This document shows, piece after piece, positions 50,445 to 63,472 of a stretch of DNA of 64,000 nucleotides. The DNA is taken from contig NC_085845.1 in assembly GCF_035594765.1 (NCBI RefSeq), positions 169,958,897 to 170,022,896 of the forward strand, written 5' to 3'. This DNA comes from Anolis carolinensis. Its lineage: Eukaryota. Both the position numbers and the translations under genes were made by a program. Each line of letters opens with the position of its first letter. Position 1 is the first letter of the stretch. The notes below the pieces were generated by a model that worked only from the letters and a program-made list of their open reading frames with translations, ran no database searches and was not told the origin of the DNA.

Positions 50445-50643
50445 AATCACCTAAATAAAGGACGACTTCCTGTCTGATCTTGGAAGCTAAGCAGAGTTAA
50501 CCTTGGTTAGTACTTGGATGGGAAACTTCCAATGAATTCTGTGCTGTAGGTTGTATTTCAGAGGACAGAATTGAATAAAATGTCCTTGTCTAAGAAAACT
50601 CACGTTAAGTAAGTTGAAAGGTGACTTCAAGGAATATTGCACA
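50445..50643 (+). mobile_element. 5S rRNA-derived SINE (SINE3/5S-Sauria-like)
   Basis: gtctgatcttggaagctaagcag...tggttagtacttggatggga...gtgctgtagg matches 5S rRNA boxes A and C, followed by a SINE-like tail instead of a T-run terminator. Second copy at about 38610-39120, interrupted by a MITE. Confidence 0.75.
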
Positions 50644-50802
50644 GAAATAAGATAATCACCGAACTTAAATTCCCATAGTTTTTTTACTGCTTTTTTGCTA
50701 CAAAAATTCCTTCAGGAGAGGAAAATTTAGTAATTTCTTTGGTAGAGTTGGGTAAGAAAATACACACTTGGATACAATGGATGGAGTTGTCCCAGAGAAA
50801 GT

Positions 50803-51126
50803 ACAGTAGAGTCTCGCTTATCCAAGCCTCGCTTATCCAAGCCTCTGGATAATCCAAGCTATTTTTGCCTTGAATGTTTTCAATATATCGTGATATTTTG
50901 GCGCTTAATTCGTAAATACAGTAATTACAATATAACATTACTGCATATTGAACTACTTTTTCTATCAAATTTGTTGTATAACATGAAGTTTTGGTGCTTA
51001 ATTTATAAAATCATAACCTAATTTGATGTTTAATAGACTTTTCCTTAATCCCTCCTTATTATCCAAGATATTCGCTTATCCAAACTTCTGCCGGCCCGTT
51101 TAGCTTGGATAAGTGAGACTCTACTG
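50803..51126. mobile_element. Tc1/mariner MITE
   Basis: ta-cagtagagtctc...gagactctactg-ta. Confidence 0.85.
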
Positions 51127-51537
51127 TAGGTGACAGGTCTGAGGATGTCTGTCCTTGCTCAACCAGTTGCCTTGAACTTCTAGTCAGGAGGCTGTTCTGC
51201 ATCTTGCACAGCAACAATTCTAAAAAAGCTTTTACCTTTTTTCCTATACTTTTTCTCTTTTTGATTTTGTGGGGAAGTTCTGTGTTAATTATTTTACAGA
51301 TGTAAATAACAAATATAAATGAAAAGGCGTATCACTGAACACAGCTTCAAATACCCTGCAGGAGCTCTCCATAATGCTTTAATGATTTGAAACCATTTTT
51401 CTTCCCTGAAAAGGAGTTGTCCCAATTCTATCCCCCTGCAGTGAATTATTTAATTAGCTACTATAATGGTTGCTTGCTTGAATCAGTGCATTCCTAATCT
51501 AGACAAGATTTTATAGGGTTTTTAAAAGAGTAGTTGT

Positions 51538-51596
51538 GAAGGAAGACTTCGAGCTGAAAGCTGAAGGAAGACTTCGAGCTGAAAGCTGAAGGAAGA
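51538..51596 (+). repeat. Perfect 25-bp tandem duplication
   Basis: gaaggaagacttcgagctgaaagct x2 plus a partial copy. Confidence 0.9.
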
Positions 51597-51874
51597 AGAC
51601 GTGTTCATTTTGCTCCCGCATTTATTTATTTATTTGCAGTAAAGATAGTGTTTAATTCTGAACAACGTTGCCCATGTTTTCTGTTTCATGCCAGTTCCAA
51701 GGGGTGACCAGTTCAGAAAAAGAGAGGAGAAGGAGTTGAGCAGCTGGATAGGAAAAGAGAAGTGGTCAGCACTGAGGCCATTGCAAAGAGCACATATTTA
51801 AAATATGCCTCCCCACCCCCCCAAGATGTGGACAGTCAGTGACAACTCCATACATTATTTTGAGCCATAATTGG

Positions 51875-52123
51875 TAGAATCATAGAATAATAAGAGTTGA
51901 AAGAGACAACATGGGCAATGTAGTCAAACCCTCTGCCATGCAGGAAAAGAATAATCACAGTACCCCCCCCCCCTCTGGCAGATGGCCATCCAGCCTCTGT
52001 TTAAAAGCTTCCATGCAAGGAGCTCCCACCACACTGAGGCAGAGAGTTCCACTGCTGAACACATCTTACAGTCAGGAAATTCTTCTTAATGTTCAGGTGG
52101 AACCTCCTGTAATTTGAACCCAT
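51875..52123 (-). mobile_element. CR1 LINE 3' end
   Basis: Similar to 32691-32940. Confidence 0.85.
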
Positions 52124-54321
52124 GTTAGATTGTGTTAGTCTATATCCTTAGATTAGGAATGTGTGTCCATCTTCACACTAGTGCCATGTCATTTTCATAA
52201 ATACCTCTGTTTCTGCCTGCACTATTTCTTATATGTACAACAGCGATAGCCTTTAGACAAGCCTAGAGCTCTGAATAACTAGCTAGAAGTTGGGCTGCAG
52301 CACTAGTGTTGAGAGTTTATTTCTAGCCCCTGTGATGCTGAAGATGAGCTGAGGCCACATAAAGCTTTAGAAACCAAGAGGCCAAGAAAGATTTTAGTTC
52401 TGGGGAACAGATCTGGAGGAAGCGATGCTCAGGAAAATATGACACATCTGGAGAGTAGAGGAAGGCAACCTTAAGCTCCATCTTTATTCTGTCACTCAAA
52501 AAACTGATCAGATGTTCACAATTAAAAGATTCTAAATCAGTAAAATATATTTTATTTCTGATTCCAACTTAAATGACTTGAAGTCAAACCACCTTTGAGT
52601 ATGGCTTCCCTAAGCAAAGTCTGTGAAATTCATGGAATCACCACAAATGTATAGGCATCTGGAAGGCATCCACATGTCCATGCACACATGCCAGGTCAAT
52701 GAGTAAAGTTAAATGAATATAACCAAAGTAGCAAATTGCTTTGTCACACCTATGCAGAAGGTCAACTGACTTCAAGAACCTGTCAATAGGTGGTGCTAAC
52801 ATCTGTTCAGCCTTAATCTGGTCTTCACCTGGGCCCTTGGTATCTGCTTGTGATTTGGCTCCAGGACATCTGAACTGTTTTTACTCAAGGAATGAATAAT
52901 AATCAGGAGGGATGCATTTTATGTAAATAAGCACTGTAGTTGGTTAACTCTTTACTATATCTACCAAAAAGTAGATTGAAGACAGGAAGGGACTTAATTA
53001 AGCATTGTATTTCAAGTATAAAATTCTTTCTTGGAACAACTGACCTTACATGCTGCAATTATTTCATATTTAGCTTCCTCTTGTCTGCTTAGAAACTCTG
53101 AGCTTGTTCCAACAATAGATGGTTGGTTTGGTGTGGCAATGTTGGCTTTTTTCTTTGCTCTGATGAAATTGGTTGCAATCAGAGAGGCGTGCTCCAGAAT
53201 CTATTGCAACAAGGGAGATGTTGTACAATAAACTTACACACAATGAGATTTGTGGGGGTTGCTAAAATTCACAGGATCCTGAACTTCCATGAAACGATTA
53301 CTGAGCTAGAGCTGGAACAGTTAATTCCCTCCCACTGTTTACACTGGGTGGTGAAGGAAAGAGGAAAGGAAAAAAGATAGTAAGGCTGTCATTTTCTCAT
53401 CCACATGACTGAGCTACAGAAGGTGACAGAGTTTAGGAAGTGGTGATAGCCACTGTCCCAGAATTTCCTTTCCTAACCCTACATGGACATATCATGGTAT
53501 TGCTATTCCCTTCTATGTGGATGAAAGAATCAGTGCTATTGCATCCATCTTTAACAAGTTCTCCCTTAAATTAGAACTTCTCCGAACTGGAAGCAGCTAG
53601 TGCGGCCTTTTGAACAGAGCTTGGAACGTTTGCTATGTCTGGGTGAAGGTTAATGCATTGGGAGGAGCAGATGTACAAACAGTGCCTGACCAAGACCAGT
53701 ACTTGTAGGAACCAACGTCTGTCTGGCCCATGGCTGTCACAGAGCATTGTTTCATTTGTCTTCCATCTCATTTGCATTCAAAAGAGCCACTGATGGTTTC
53801 AGGCTCATCCCACAATTCAAAACAAAGAGAAACTGCAGTCTTGCTATGCCTTTTGGGGACATTTGGTAGATGATCTCATTGCCATCTGAGAAAGTTATCC
53901 GTCTGATGATTTTAACAATTCCATCTGCATGAATGAACTATTCTTGCAAACAATGGCCAAACAAGGAGAGCTTGGGCTGTTGCCAGCAGTGGCTGAGGCC
54001 AGGGAATCCACTTTGGGTTTGCACATGAACTTTTATGACGCTGTCTGAGGTCCTGAAACCAATCCCTTCCCCCATAAACTCAGCACCTTGGATGGCTTCT
54101 TGAAAGTTCACAGTAAACTCTGGGGGCTTCTGGGAGTTGGAGTTCTAAATACTTGTGGGGCTACCAGGGCTATAGCCCGGAGTGTGTGTGTGTGTGTGTA
54201 GGAGTTCAACCACTCCCCCCCCCCCGAAATCTTTCAAGTTTTAAAAAAACTGGTTTACTCATGAATTGTAGCTGATTAACCAAATCCCCATGAGTGTCCA
54301 CTGAAGTTTGTCTGTCTTGAG

Positions 54322-54547
54322 CAGGGGTCCCCAAACTAAGGCCCATGGGCCAGATGTGGCCCTCCAAGGTCATTGACCTGGCCCCTGTCCTAAACTTTAG
54401 ACTTAGGGTTGACCTAAGTCTGAAACGACTTGAAAAGGCACACAACAACAACAATCCTAATTTTGGACTATTTCATCATAGTCCAGCCCCCCAACAGTCT
54501 GAGGGACCGTAAACTGGCCTTCCACTTTAAAAGTTTGAGGACTCCTG
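54322..54547. mobile_element. hAT MITE
   Basis: caggggtccccaaact...agtttgaggactcctg; TSD gtcttgag / gtattgag. Confidence 0.8.
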
Positions 54548-54789
54548 GTATTGAGTGACCACTAAAGTTTACCGATGGAGCCTGATTTCTAAATTGCTTT
54601 GGGTTATGGAACTACTCTTCATGATTCACTAAAAAAAGTTTCAAACCCCGCCCCCTGAATTTTTTTATTTTTTTTTTGGTGATGGCCCTGAGGGCTGTGA
54701 ATTTACAGCTCCACAGATGGCTCCGTCAACCTCCATTTAGCAATGATAGTTAAGACTGACCAATCTAGTTTCAGCTGTTTTATCAGATT

Positions 54790-55052
54790 TTTTTTTTTTT
54801 TGCGTGTCAGGAGCAACCGGAGTTGCTTCTGGAGTGAGAGAATTGGCCGTCTGCAAGGATGTTGCCCAGGGGACGCCCAGATGTTTTACCATCCTTGTGG
54901 GAGGCTCCTCTCATGTCCCCGCATGGAGCTGGAGCGGAAAGAGGGAGCTCATCCGCGCTCTCCCCAGGTGGGATTTGAACCTGGCAGCTTTCAGGTCAAC
55001 AACCCAACCTTCAAGTCACAAGGCTTTTATCCCCTAGGCCATCGGAGGCTCC
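54790..55052 (-). mobile_element. tRNA-derived SINE, second family
   Basis: Reverse complement of the 34340 family. Confidence 0.78.
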
Positions 55053-56292
55053 TGTTTTATCGGATGTGTATGGGTTGAAGTAAAGGGCTGTGAATCTGCC
55101 TAGACAACTGCAATGCAAAGTCAACCTTTAAAGAAAACGAACAGAAGGAACAAAGGCAATTCTGTCTATGCCCCAGTACAGCAGGCTCTTAGCTGACTGG
55201 AACTCAAGCAACCAGAACTCTCAAGCAACTAGCAAAACAAAACAAAACAAAACAAAAAACAAAAATTGCATACTGCATTCACAAAGCTGTTTTTATAATA
55301 CAGTAAAATTGTTACGCTAAATGAAGTCTACCTTTATTTGTCTTCATTTGCCTTTAATTACTGTGTTTCAATGTTAATATCGTCAATAGAGAGTTTATGG
55401 TATAATATCAGACATATTTTTAACAGTAACTCTCAAACAATCAAAAACTACATTTATCTGGCATCTACCAATCCACCTGGATGTCGGTTAACTGAAAGTC
55501 TATTGTAGCATTTTGTAGGGTTGGGACTCCAGGGAGGGATACTTCCAAGTCCATTCCAACAAGCAGCTCAGAAAGCATCATGTTTGATGGTACTGAAAAT
55601 CAAAGTCCAGTGGAACCAATATATTTATTTATTTATTTATTTATTTATTTATTACAATATTTATATCCCGCCCTTCTCACCCAACAGGGGACTCAGGGCG
55701 GCTTACAATAAAACATACATATAAAAATTATACAGTGCAATATAAATCAGTTAAAAATTATTATTAACTTACATCAGTATTCATAAATATAGGTATATTC
55801 CCCCTGTATTCCCAGCACACATTTCCACCAAGTCAACCAAAGCTATCCCATGACAGCACTTTGCACTAAAGCTTCATACACCACTCAAATTAGAGAGCTT
55901 TGTTCAAAAGGCAGACAAAATTGGCCTAAGTCATTGTATGCACTTTGTATCAACACCCATGGTTTCTCTCTCTTATCTCAGTGAACACAAAAATAACATT
56001 CACAAAGAACCTTCCACCTCCCTTGAAAACAGGGGAAGATGAGTTAAGACTGTCTTTTGGGTGGCCTGCACTAGATAAACATACAAACAATTTAGATAAT
56101 AGGACATCCTGATGAAATGGACTTTGGTCCAGGAAGCCTTCTGCTGTAAGAAAAGTGTTCCTCTTTCCTTCTGCAACAGATAAATGGGGCTGTATCCTAC
56201 AAACTGAGAACAGATTGGCTTTACAGGAAAACAATTTTTAAATAAGGGGAAGAGAGAGAGAAAGGGGAAAAGTTCATACGATTTTAAACAAT

Positions 56293-56945
56293 ACAGAATC
56301 ATAGAGTTGGAAGAGTCCATCCAGTCCAACCCCCTGCCAAGAAGGAGGAAAATCGCATTCAAAGCACCTCCGACAAATGGGCATCCAGCCTCTGTTTAAA
56401 AACCTCCAAAGAAGGAGCCTCCACCATACTCTGGGGCAGAGAGTTACACTGCTGAACAGCTCTCACAGTGAGGAAGTTCTTCCTGATGTACACGTGGAAT
56501 CTCCTTTCCAGTAGTTTGAAGCCATTGTTTCACGTCCTAGTCTCCAGGGCAGCAGAAAACAAGTTTGCTCCTTCCTCCCTATGACTTCCTCTCACATATT
56601 TATACATGGCTATCATGTCTCCTCTCAGCCTCCTCTTCTGCAGGCCAAACATGCCCAATTATTTAAGCCACTCCTTATACTGCTTGTTCTCCAGACTCTT
56701 GATCATTTTAGTCACCCTCCTCTGGACACATTCCAGCTTGTCAACATCTCTCTTCAATTGTGGTGCCCAGAATTGGACACAATATTCCAGGTGTGGTCTG
56801 ACCAAGGCAGAATAGAGGGGTAGCATGACTTCCCTGGATCTAGACACTAGACTCCTATTTATGCAGGTCTAAATCCTATTGGCTTTTTAAACTGCTACAT
56901 CACATCGTTGGCTCATGTTTAATTTGTTGTCCATGAGGGCTCCAA
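56293..56945 (-). mobile_element. CR1 LINE 3' fragment
   Basis: [15 protein letters not shown] and CR1 3' tail. Confidence 0.9.
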
Positions 56946-57012
56946 TGTAACAAAATTTGCAGAAATTCTGTTCCTGGTTTGAAAGTGTTATTTCCTGTTT
57001 AATTGTGTGGTA

Positions 57013-57346
57013 CAGTAGAGTCTCACTCATCCAAGATAAACGGGCCAGCAGAACACTGGATAACCGAAAATGTTGGATAATAAGAAGGGATTAAGAAAAA
57101 AGCCTATTAAACATACAATTACATTATAATTTTACAAATTAAGCACCAAAACATCATGTTTTACAACAAATTGACAGAAAAAGCAGTTCAATACACAGTA
57201 ATGTCATGTAGTAATTACTGTATTTACAAATTTAGCACCAAAACATTGCAACATTGACTAAAAAAACATTGACTACTAAAAGGCAGACTGCGCTGGATAA
57301 TACAGAACATTGGATAAGTGAAGCTTGGATAAGTGAGACTCTACTG
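57013..57346. mobile_element. Tc1/mariner MITE
   Basis: Same TIRs, TA TSD. Confidence 0.85.
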
Positions 57347-57351
57347 TACTT

Positions 57352-58015
57352 ACTTTGAAAGTCAAACGGTTTAGGACCCGCCTACCTTTTTGACCGCATC
57401 TCCCGCTATGAACCCACTCGTCCTCTTCGTTCAACCGGTAGGGCACTGCTTTCGCTCCCGCCACCATCCCAGGCTCGGTTGGCGGGGACGAGGGAGCAGG
57501 CCTTTTCTATTGTTGCTCCCCGGATCTGGAATTCCCTTCCGGAGGAGATCCGGCAAGCACCCACCCTGGCTTCCTTCAAAAAGCTGCTTAAAACCTGGCT
57601 CTTCCGCTGCGCCTTTGGATAACCGAGCCCATAGCTATAGTAGTCGCACAGGCCACCTCTTTGACTTGAAACACTGCACTTTATTCCTCTGCCCCAAAGC
57701 ATCTTAGAATATCACATTGCATTTTAGTTCTAGTGGTCCCTCCAGGCCATCCTCTCCTCCATCTCAGTGGTCTTTTTTCCCCCTCTTTCTTTGCAGATTC
57801 ATGTTATTTGGGTGATTATATTCCTTCTGCTTATGTGATTGTTTTAGTCAATTGTTATGTTTTGTTTTTGTTTCTAATTCTTATAGCATTTTATAGTGTT
57901 TTCAGTGTTTTATTGTACAATGTTTTATGCTGATTTTATATTGGAAACCGCCCTGAGTCCCTTTCGGGAGAGAGGGCGGTATACAAATAAACTTTTACTT
58001 ACTTACTTACTTACT
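57352..58015 (+). mobile_element. L2-clade LINE 3' end
   Basis: APRIWNSLPEEIRQAPTLASFKKLLKTWLF; 3'UTR ending AATAAA and (TTAC)n. Confidence 0.8.
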
Positions 58016-58089
58016 TGTTATACTCCAGCTATGTTTTTGTGGCTGCCATCAACTATGTTGAATTGTTTGAGATATTGTTTGAAAAACTA

Positions 58090-58587
58090 CCGTGTTTCCC
58101 CGAAAATAAGACAGTGTCTTATATTATTTTTTACTCCCAAAGATGCGCTAGGTCTTATTTTCAGGGGATGTCTTATTTTTCCATGAAAAAGAATTCATAA
58201 TCATTATTGAACAAAAAAATGAACATTGATTCTATACTGTACTGTAGTTGTCATCACAAACCAACATAACTAAACCAGACAAACTGTGACTCCTGTCAAG
58301 AATTTCTTGTTATTACCATTATTTCCATATACAACTGGTATGTAAGACGCCCCGAGACCCTCTGGGGAGATGGAGGTGGGGTATAAAAATAAAATAATAA
58401 TTATAATAATTATGTACATTTACCGATCCTGCATGCTATGATGTTTTGTTTGGCGGGCACCGGGCATGCATTCAAACAAAAACATTGCTAGGTCTTACTT
58501 TCAGGGGAGGCCTTATATTTAGCAATTCAGCAAAACCTCTACTAGGTCTTATTTTTTGGGGATGTCTTATTTTCAGGGAAACAGGGT
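58090..58587. mobile_element. Tigger-like MITE (ccgtgtttccccgaaaataag family)
   Basis: TIRs with TA flanks; copies at 40849-41260 and 17424-17995. Confidence 0.78.
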
Positions 58588-58820
58588 ATAGCAAAATGTA
58601 CTGTTACAGGAAGTCCCACAAAAACAAAGGTTTTGCAGTTTAACAAACTTTTCCCCATGTTTTTTTATTATTATGATAGAACCAATTAGGAAATGACATT
58701 TATAACCCAGGAACAAAAATCATGTTACATAGTGTAATCATGGGCTAAGCATGCACATTCGTTCATCATTGCCTGTATCAGAGATAAGCAACCTTGAGTC
58801 TCTTTTAAGAATGAAAAAGC

Positions 58821-59151
58821 GTAAGGTAAAGGTAAAGGTTTCCCCTGACGTTATGTCCATTCAAGTCTGACTCTGGGGGTTGGTACTCATCTCCATTTCT
58901 AAGCCAAAGAGCCGGCGTTGTCCGTAGATACCTCCAAGGTCATGTGGCCTGCATGACTACATGGAGCGCCGTTACCTTCCCGCCGGAGCGGTACCTATTG
59001 ATCTACTCATATTGGCATGTTTTCGAACTGCTAGGTTGGCAGGAGCTGGAGCTAACAGCAGCCGCTCATGCCGCTCCCGGAGTTTAAACCTGGGACCTTT
59101 TGGTCTGCAAGTTCAGCAGCTCAGCACTTTAACGCACTTCGCCACCGGGGC

Positions 59152-59152
<1 letters not shown>
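58821..59152 (-). mobile_element. Sauria-type SINE, full length
   Basis: Near-identical to 9303-9631. Confidence 0.88.

Positions 59153-59153
<1 letters not shown>

Positions 59154-59196
<43 letters not shown>
59154..59196 (+). repeat. (AT)n microsatellite, Helitron target site
   Basis: Direct reading. Confidence 0.95.
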
Positions 59197-59197
<1 letters not shown>

Positions 59198-59280
59198 TAG
59201 CTGTGCCCGGCCACGCGTTGCTGTGGCGAAGTATGGTGGCATGGGAAATAAAGTATTGAGGAATTGGTGGTAGTTAAGGT

Positions 59281-61371
59281 TGTTGTCAACCGCGTTTTAG
59301 GGGATCGGGCCCTTAAGGAGAGACCCGATCCGGTCCTGAGAGAACGGACCTTGGCGAAGCCAAAAGGAGAATTACGAGCCGCAATACAACCTGAAGCCGA
59401 AATGAAGAAGGTCCGCCAAAGTTGAAGGAAAATCTGCCAAGGAGTCTTTATTGAGCAATTCAGCTGAAGAGGACTCTAGTAGCGATCATTCGGTCTACTA
59501 GGATACCATACAATCAAAATAAAGCCATATTTATACAAAATTTCAGTCTGACAGCCCTTTGAATTTCCCGCCCTGCTCCCCCGCCCATCTGATCGTTGAT
59601 AGTCTAGAAGGTTGAACGAGGCGGGCTTTCGTTTCCCGCCTTGCTCCGTTGGCCCAATAGGAAGCTGCCTTTTGTCTCTACTCGGGCCAATCAGGAAAGA
59701 GAAGGCGGGAGTTATTGAAACAATGAGGTGACAGGGCAGGAACTATCGGATTAAGTCCTGCTAGACCGATTTCTAAAGGGTGATTAATGGCAGCAATCAA
59801 GGGTGTCCGGGTTTCTGTCACGTATACAGATTTTAGATATGCCTTGGGGTGTCAGAGGTGGAAGCAAAGATGGGTGGTGATGAGCCATATTGACAGGCTC
59901 TGCAGGGCGCCTTCCTGAGGTGTCCTGGATTTTCCTTTGGGTGAGATATGACAATGTTTGCCTTGGGGCGAATCACCTTTAGGTCAACACTCCGAATTCG
60001 GCGACTCAAGCCCTATATTGTCCATGCAATTTGAATTTGATTGGGTTTAGCGGTGGCAGGTTATCCTTTTGTTTTTGGGAAGGGAAGCCTGGGTCATAGG
60101 AAATGGGATAGGTTCTGGGATTCAGGTTGAGTTCAAAATATTTCCTATTTGATTTCATGACTTGACAATTATATGAAATAAAATGAAAAATAAAATAAAG
60201 TTGGAATATAAACCATGCTGGGAAAAATACATATTTTCCGGGGATCCCAAAGAGTACAAATACATATAGGCAGATAGATAGATTTCATGGAAATAAGGGA
60301 GAATCCATAAAAGCGAGTTACATTGCATAAAGGGGAATCATGAATGGTATAAACAATTGAAAATATTTGATAAGAACGAAGTTCATAACATCTGGAGAAC
60401 CCAGCATGGAAATTCATAAAAGTGGAGTTTTAGCAGCATGATTTTACAATTCATGAAGTTAGGCCAACGATTAGAAATTCATATAACAGTGATTCATGAG
60501 GGTGTCCAGGTTCATAGAATATGAAAATTCACGGATACATTGGGAAAAGAGTTCATCTGTGGTGGAAGGAATTCATAGAAATAGCATGGGGAAGAGGTAC
60601 ATGTGAGTTGCAGTCTTTGGAAGTATAGGATTTCATAAGTTCAGGGGTAGGTTTGGGGAAGAGTGTTCTTCTCATTCATAAAATTATGAAGGTGTGAGTG
60701 AAACGCGGAGGGCGCCCGTCCAGGCACCCTCCTAGCAGCTGTAGAGAGGGTGAGGGTCCTTGGAGAACTATGTCTTCCTGGCAGGGAGAGCGATCCATCA
60801 TCCACAGCTCACAGAATGGGCCGGTGATCTCTTAAACCCATTCCGCGGGTCGCGGGGAGAGAAAAGTCCGGGATAAGGCTTGGAAAGAGCAGTCGGCTCC
60901 GTCTGACAGTCAGCTGTTCCGAAGCTTTAAACTGGACCGATTTTGGTTCCGCTGGTGGTCTTTGGGCCAGGAGCCTTAGGAAGGGTTAGAACTAAAAGAA
61001 GAGCATGCTAGGGGTAATTTTGATAAAGATATGAGCCAATTTGTATCGTCCGCCGTATTAACCTATGGCAGAGGAGCCTCAGCCAGAGTTTAAAGGACGG
61101 ACGGGTTAGAGAGAGAGGGAGGGGGAGGATTGCGTGTAAAAGAAGGAGTCAGGGAAAGACACAAAATAACCAGATAGAGAGTGTTACTGTTAAAAATGAA
61201 TGCTACTTTTATTGGGGGGATTTGTTACATAGTTCAGGGAAGGGGAAGTGAAGAAAAAAAAGATCTTTAATAATAGTCCACTGCGGTCCCGCTCTGTTCC
61301 TTTGGTGATGGATCTGCGGAACTCTCCGCTGCGGGTTCAAATCAATTTGAATGCTGGCGCTTCGGACATCA
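59281..61371 (-). mobile_element. Solo LTR (ERV1- or Gypsy-like), 2091 bp
   Basis: TGTTGTC...GACATCA termini; 4-bp TSD aggt; CCAAT and GC boxes, minus-strand TATAAA (59530-59535) and AATAAA (59447-59452). Confidence 0.8.
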
Positions 61372-61689
61372 AGGTCAAGGGTAAAGGTTTTCCCCAGACA
61401 TTAAGTCCAGTCGTGTCTTACTCTGGAGGTTGGTGCTCATCTCCATTTCTAAGCCGAAGAGCCGGCGTTGTCCGTAGACTCCTCCAAAGTCATGTGGGAT
61501 GACTGCATGGAGCGGCGTTACCTTCCCGCCGGAGCAGTACCTATTGATGCACTCACATTTGCATGTTTTTGAACTTCTGGGTTGGCAGAAGCTGGAGCTA
61601 ACAGTGGGGGCTCTCTCCGCTCCCCCAATTCAAACCTGTGGCCTTTCGGTTCAGCAGCTCAGCGCTTTAACACGCTGCGCCATCAGGGG
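61372..61689 (-). mobile_element. Sauria-type SINE inside the Helitron
   Basis: Same family; tail region interrupted by the LTR insertion. Confidence 0.85.
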
Positions 61690-61840
61690 ATATTATTTCC
61701 TAAAGGTTGTGAATATACAATATTTCTGATTGGTTTTTTTTGTTTGTTGGAGGCAAGTATGAATGCTGCAATTAGGAAAAATGATTAGGATGTAATGGCC
61801 TTGCAGCTTTAAAGCCTGGCTGTTTCCTCCCCGAGTGAAT

Positions 61841-62190
61841 TTTTTGTTGGGAGGTGTTAGCTGGCCCTGATTGTTTCCTGTCTGGAATTCCCTTGTTTTC
61901 AGAGTGGTGTTGTTTGCGATATTTTATGTGCTTCTACTGTCTGTGGCCCTGAGAAAACAGAGGATTTTCCAGACTTTGATGATGGGAATACTTTGTTGGG
62001 AGGTGTTAGCTGGCCCTGATTGTTTCCTGTCTGGAATACCCTTGTTTTCAGAGTGATGTTGTTTGCGATATTTTATGTGCTTCTACTGTCTGTGGCCCTG
62101 AGAAAACAGGATTTGCCAGACTTTGATGATGGGAATACTTTGTTGGGAGGTGTTAGCTGGCCCTGATTGTTTCCTGTGTGGAATTCCCCT
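61841..62190 (+). repeat. About 149-bp tandem repeat (2.3 copies) partly derived from the Penelope pLTR
   Basis: tttgttgggaggtgttagctggccctgattgtttcctgt recurs at about 61843, 61992 and 62138. Confidence 0.85.
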
Positions 62191-63472
62191 GTTTATTTAC
62201 TGTCCTGGTTTTAGAGATTATATTGTTCTGCATTATTCTATCCCAGTAATTATTTCATATTAAAGAAGAATCTCACTTATCCAACATTCGCTTATACAAT
62301 GTTCTGGATTATCCAACGCAGTCTGCCTTTTCATAATCAATGCTTTTGTAGTCAGTGTTTTAAATTCATTGTGATATTTTAGTGGTAAATTTGTAAATAC
62401 AGTATAGTAGAGTCTCACTTATCCAACATAAACGGGCCGGCAGAACGTTGGATAAGCGAATATGTTGGATAATGAGGAATTAAGGATAACCCTATTAAAC
62501 ATCAAATTAAGTTATGATTTTACAAATTAAGCACCAAAACATCATGTTAGACAACAAATTTGTCAGAAAAAGTAGTTCAGTACACAGTAATGCTATATAG
62601 TAATTACTGTATTTATGAATTTAGCACCAAAATATCACGATATATTGAAAGCATTGACTACAAAAATGCGTTGGATAATCCAGAACGTTGGATAAGCGAG
62701 TGTTGGATAAGTGAGACTCTACTGTAAATACTACATAGCATTACTGCACATGGAACTACTTTTACTGTCAAATTTGTTGTATAATATGATGTTTTGGTGC
62801 TTAATTTGTATAACGATTACCTAATTTGATGTTTAATTGGCTTTTCCTGAATCCCTTCTTATTATCCAACATATTCACTTATCCTGCCGGCCTGTTTACG
62901 TTGGATAAGTGAGACTCTACTGTATATTTCTAATCTTATATTATCTGCTCAGAACTGGATTATATGAGGCTCCTTCTTCACAGCTGTATAAAATGCACAC
63001 TGAAGTGGATTATATGGCAGTGTGGAGTCAAGATCAAAGCAGTTCAAAGCAGATAATATAAGATTATAAATGGGTTATATAGCTGTGTTGAAAGGCCTGG
63101 AGTCTACACTGCCATATAATCCAGTGCAAATTAGATAATCTGTGGAAGAAGTCTAAGTGAGGCCTAAATCTGCCTGTCCCCTAACTGAAACCTGGCTGTC
63201 CCTTGGTTGCTAGGCAACCAAGTGGGCAGAGATTAGCCCTCTAAACTGGCAGCAATTGGATAAAAAAAATTATTGCTCTCCCTCTAATTAGGATTTTATT
63301 TTTCTTTTCTTTTTGTTGTATCAACCTTGAGGCGTGGATGATGGGTTGTGTTGTCAAATTTTGAGGTTGGGGGGCCTGTACTTTTGTTGTTTTGTGAATT
63401 GCCGTGATGCCATCACTCTTTTATATATATAGATATATATAATATAACAACAAAAACAAAATTGTGTGAGAT

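Larger units (their letters stand above)
56946..58733. mobile_element. Possible Chapaev3-like DNA element hosting nested MITEs and an L2
   Basis: atgtaacaaaattt...gttcctgg at the left and ccaggaacaaaaatcatgttacatagtg at the right form TIRs. Confidence 0.5.
59197..63433 (-). mobile_element. Non-autonomous Helitron with captured or nested TE fragments
   Basis: Minus strand a|TCTATATATATAAAAG ... hairpin gccacagcaacgcgtggc ... CTAG|t; inserted in (AT)n; no TSD. Confidence 0.8.

Noticed and set aside
50445-50555. Functional 5S rRNA gene
   Set aside because: Diverged 5' end, no T-run terminator, and it continues into a SINE tail.
52700-54120. TE-poor stretch as a possible exon or enhancer
   Set aside because: No recognisable protein similarity or spliceable ORF; it cannot be supported without conservation data.
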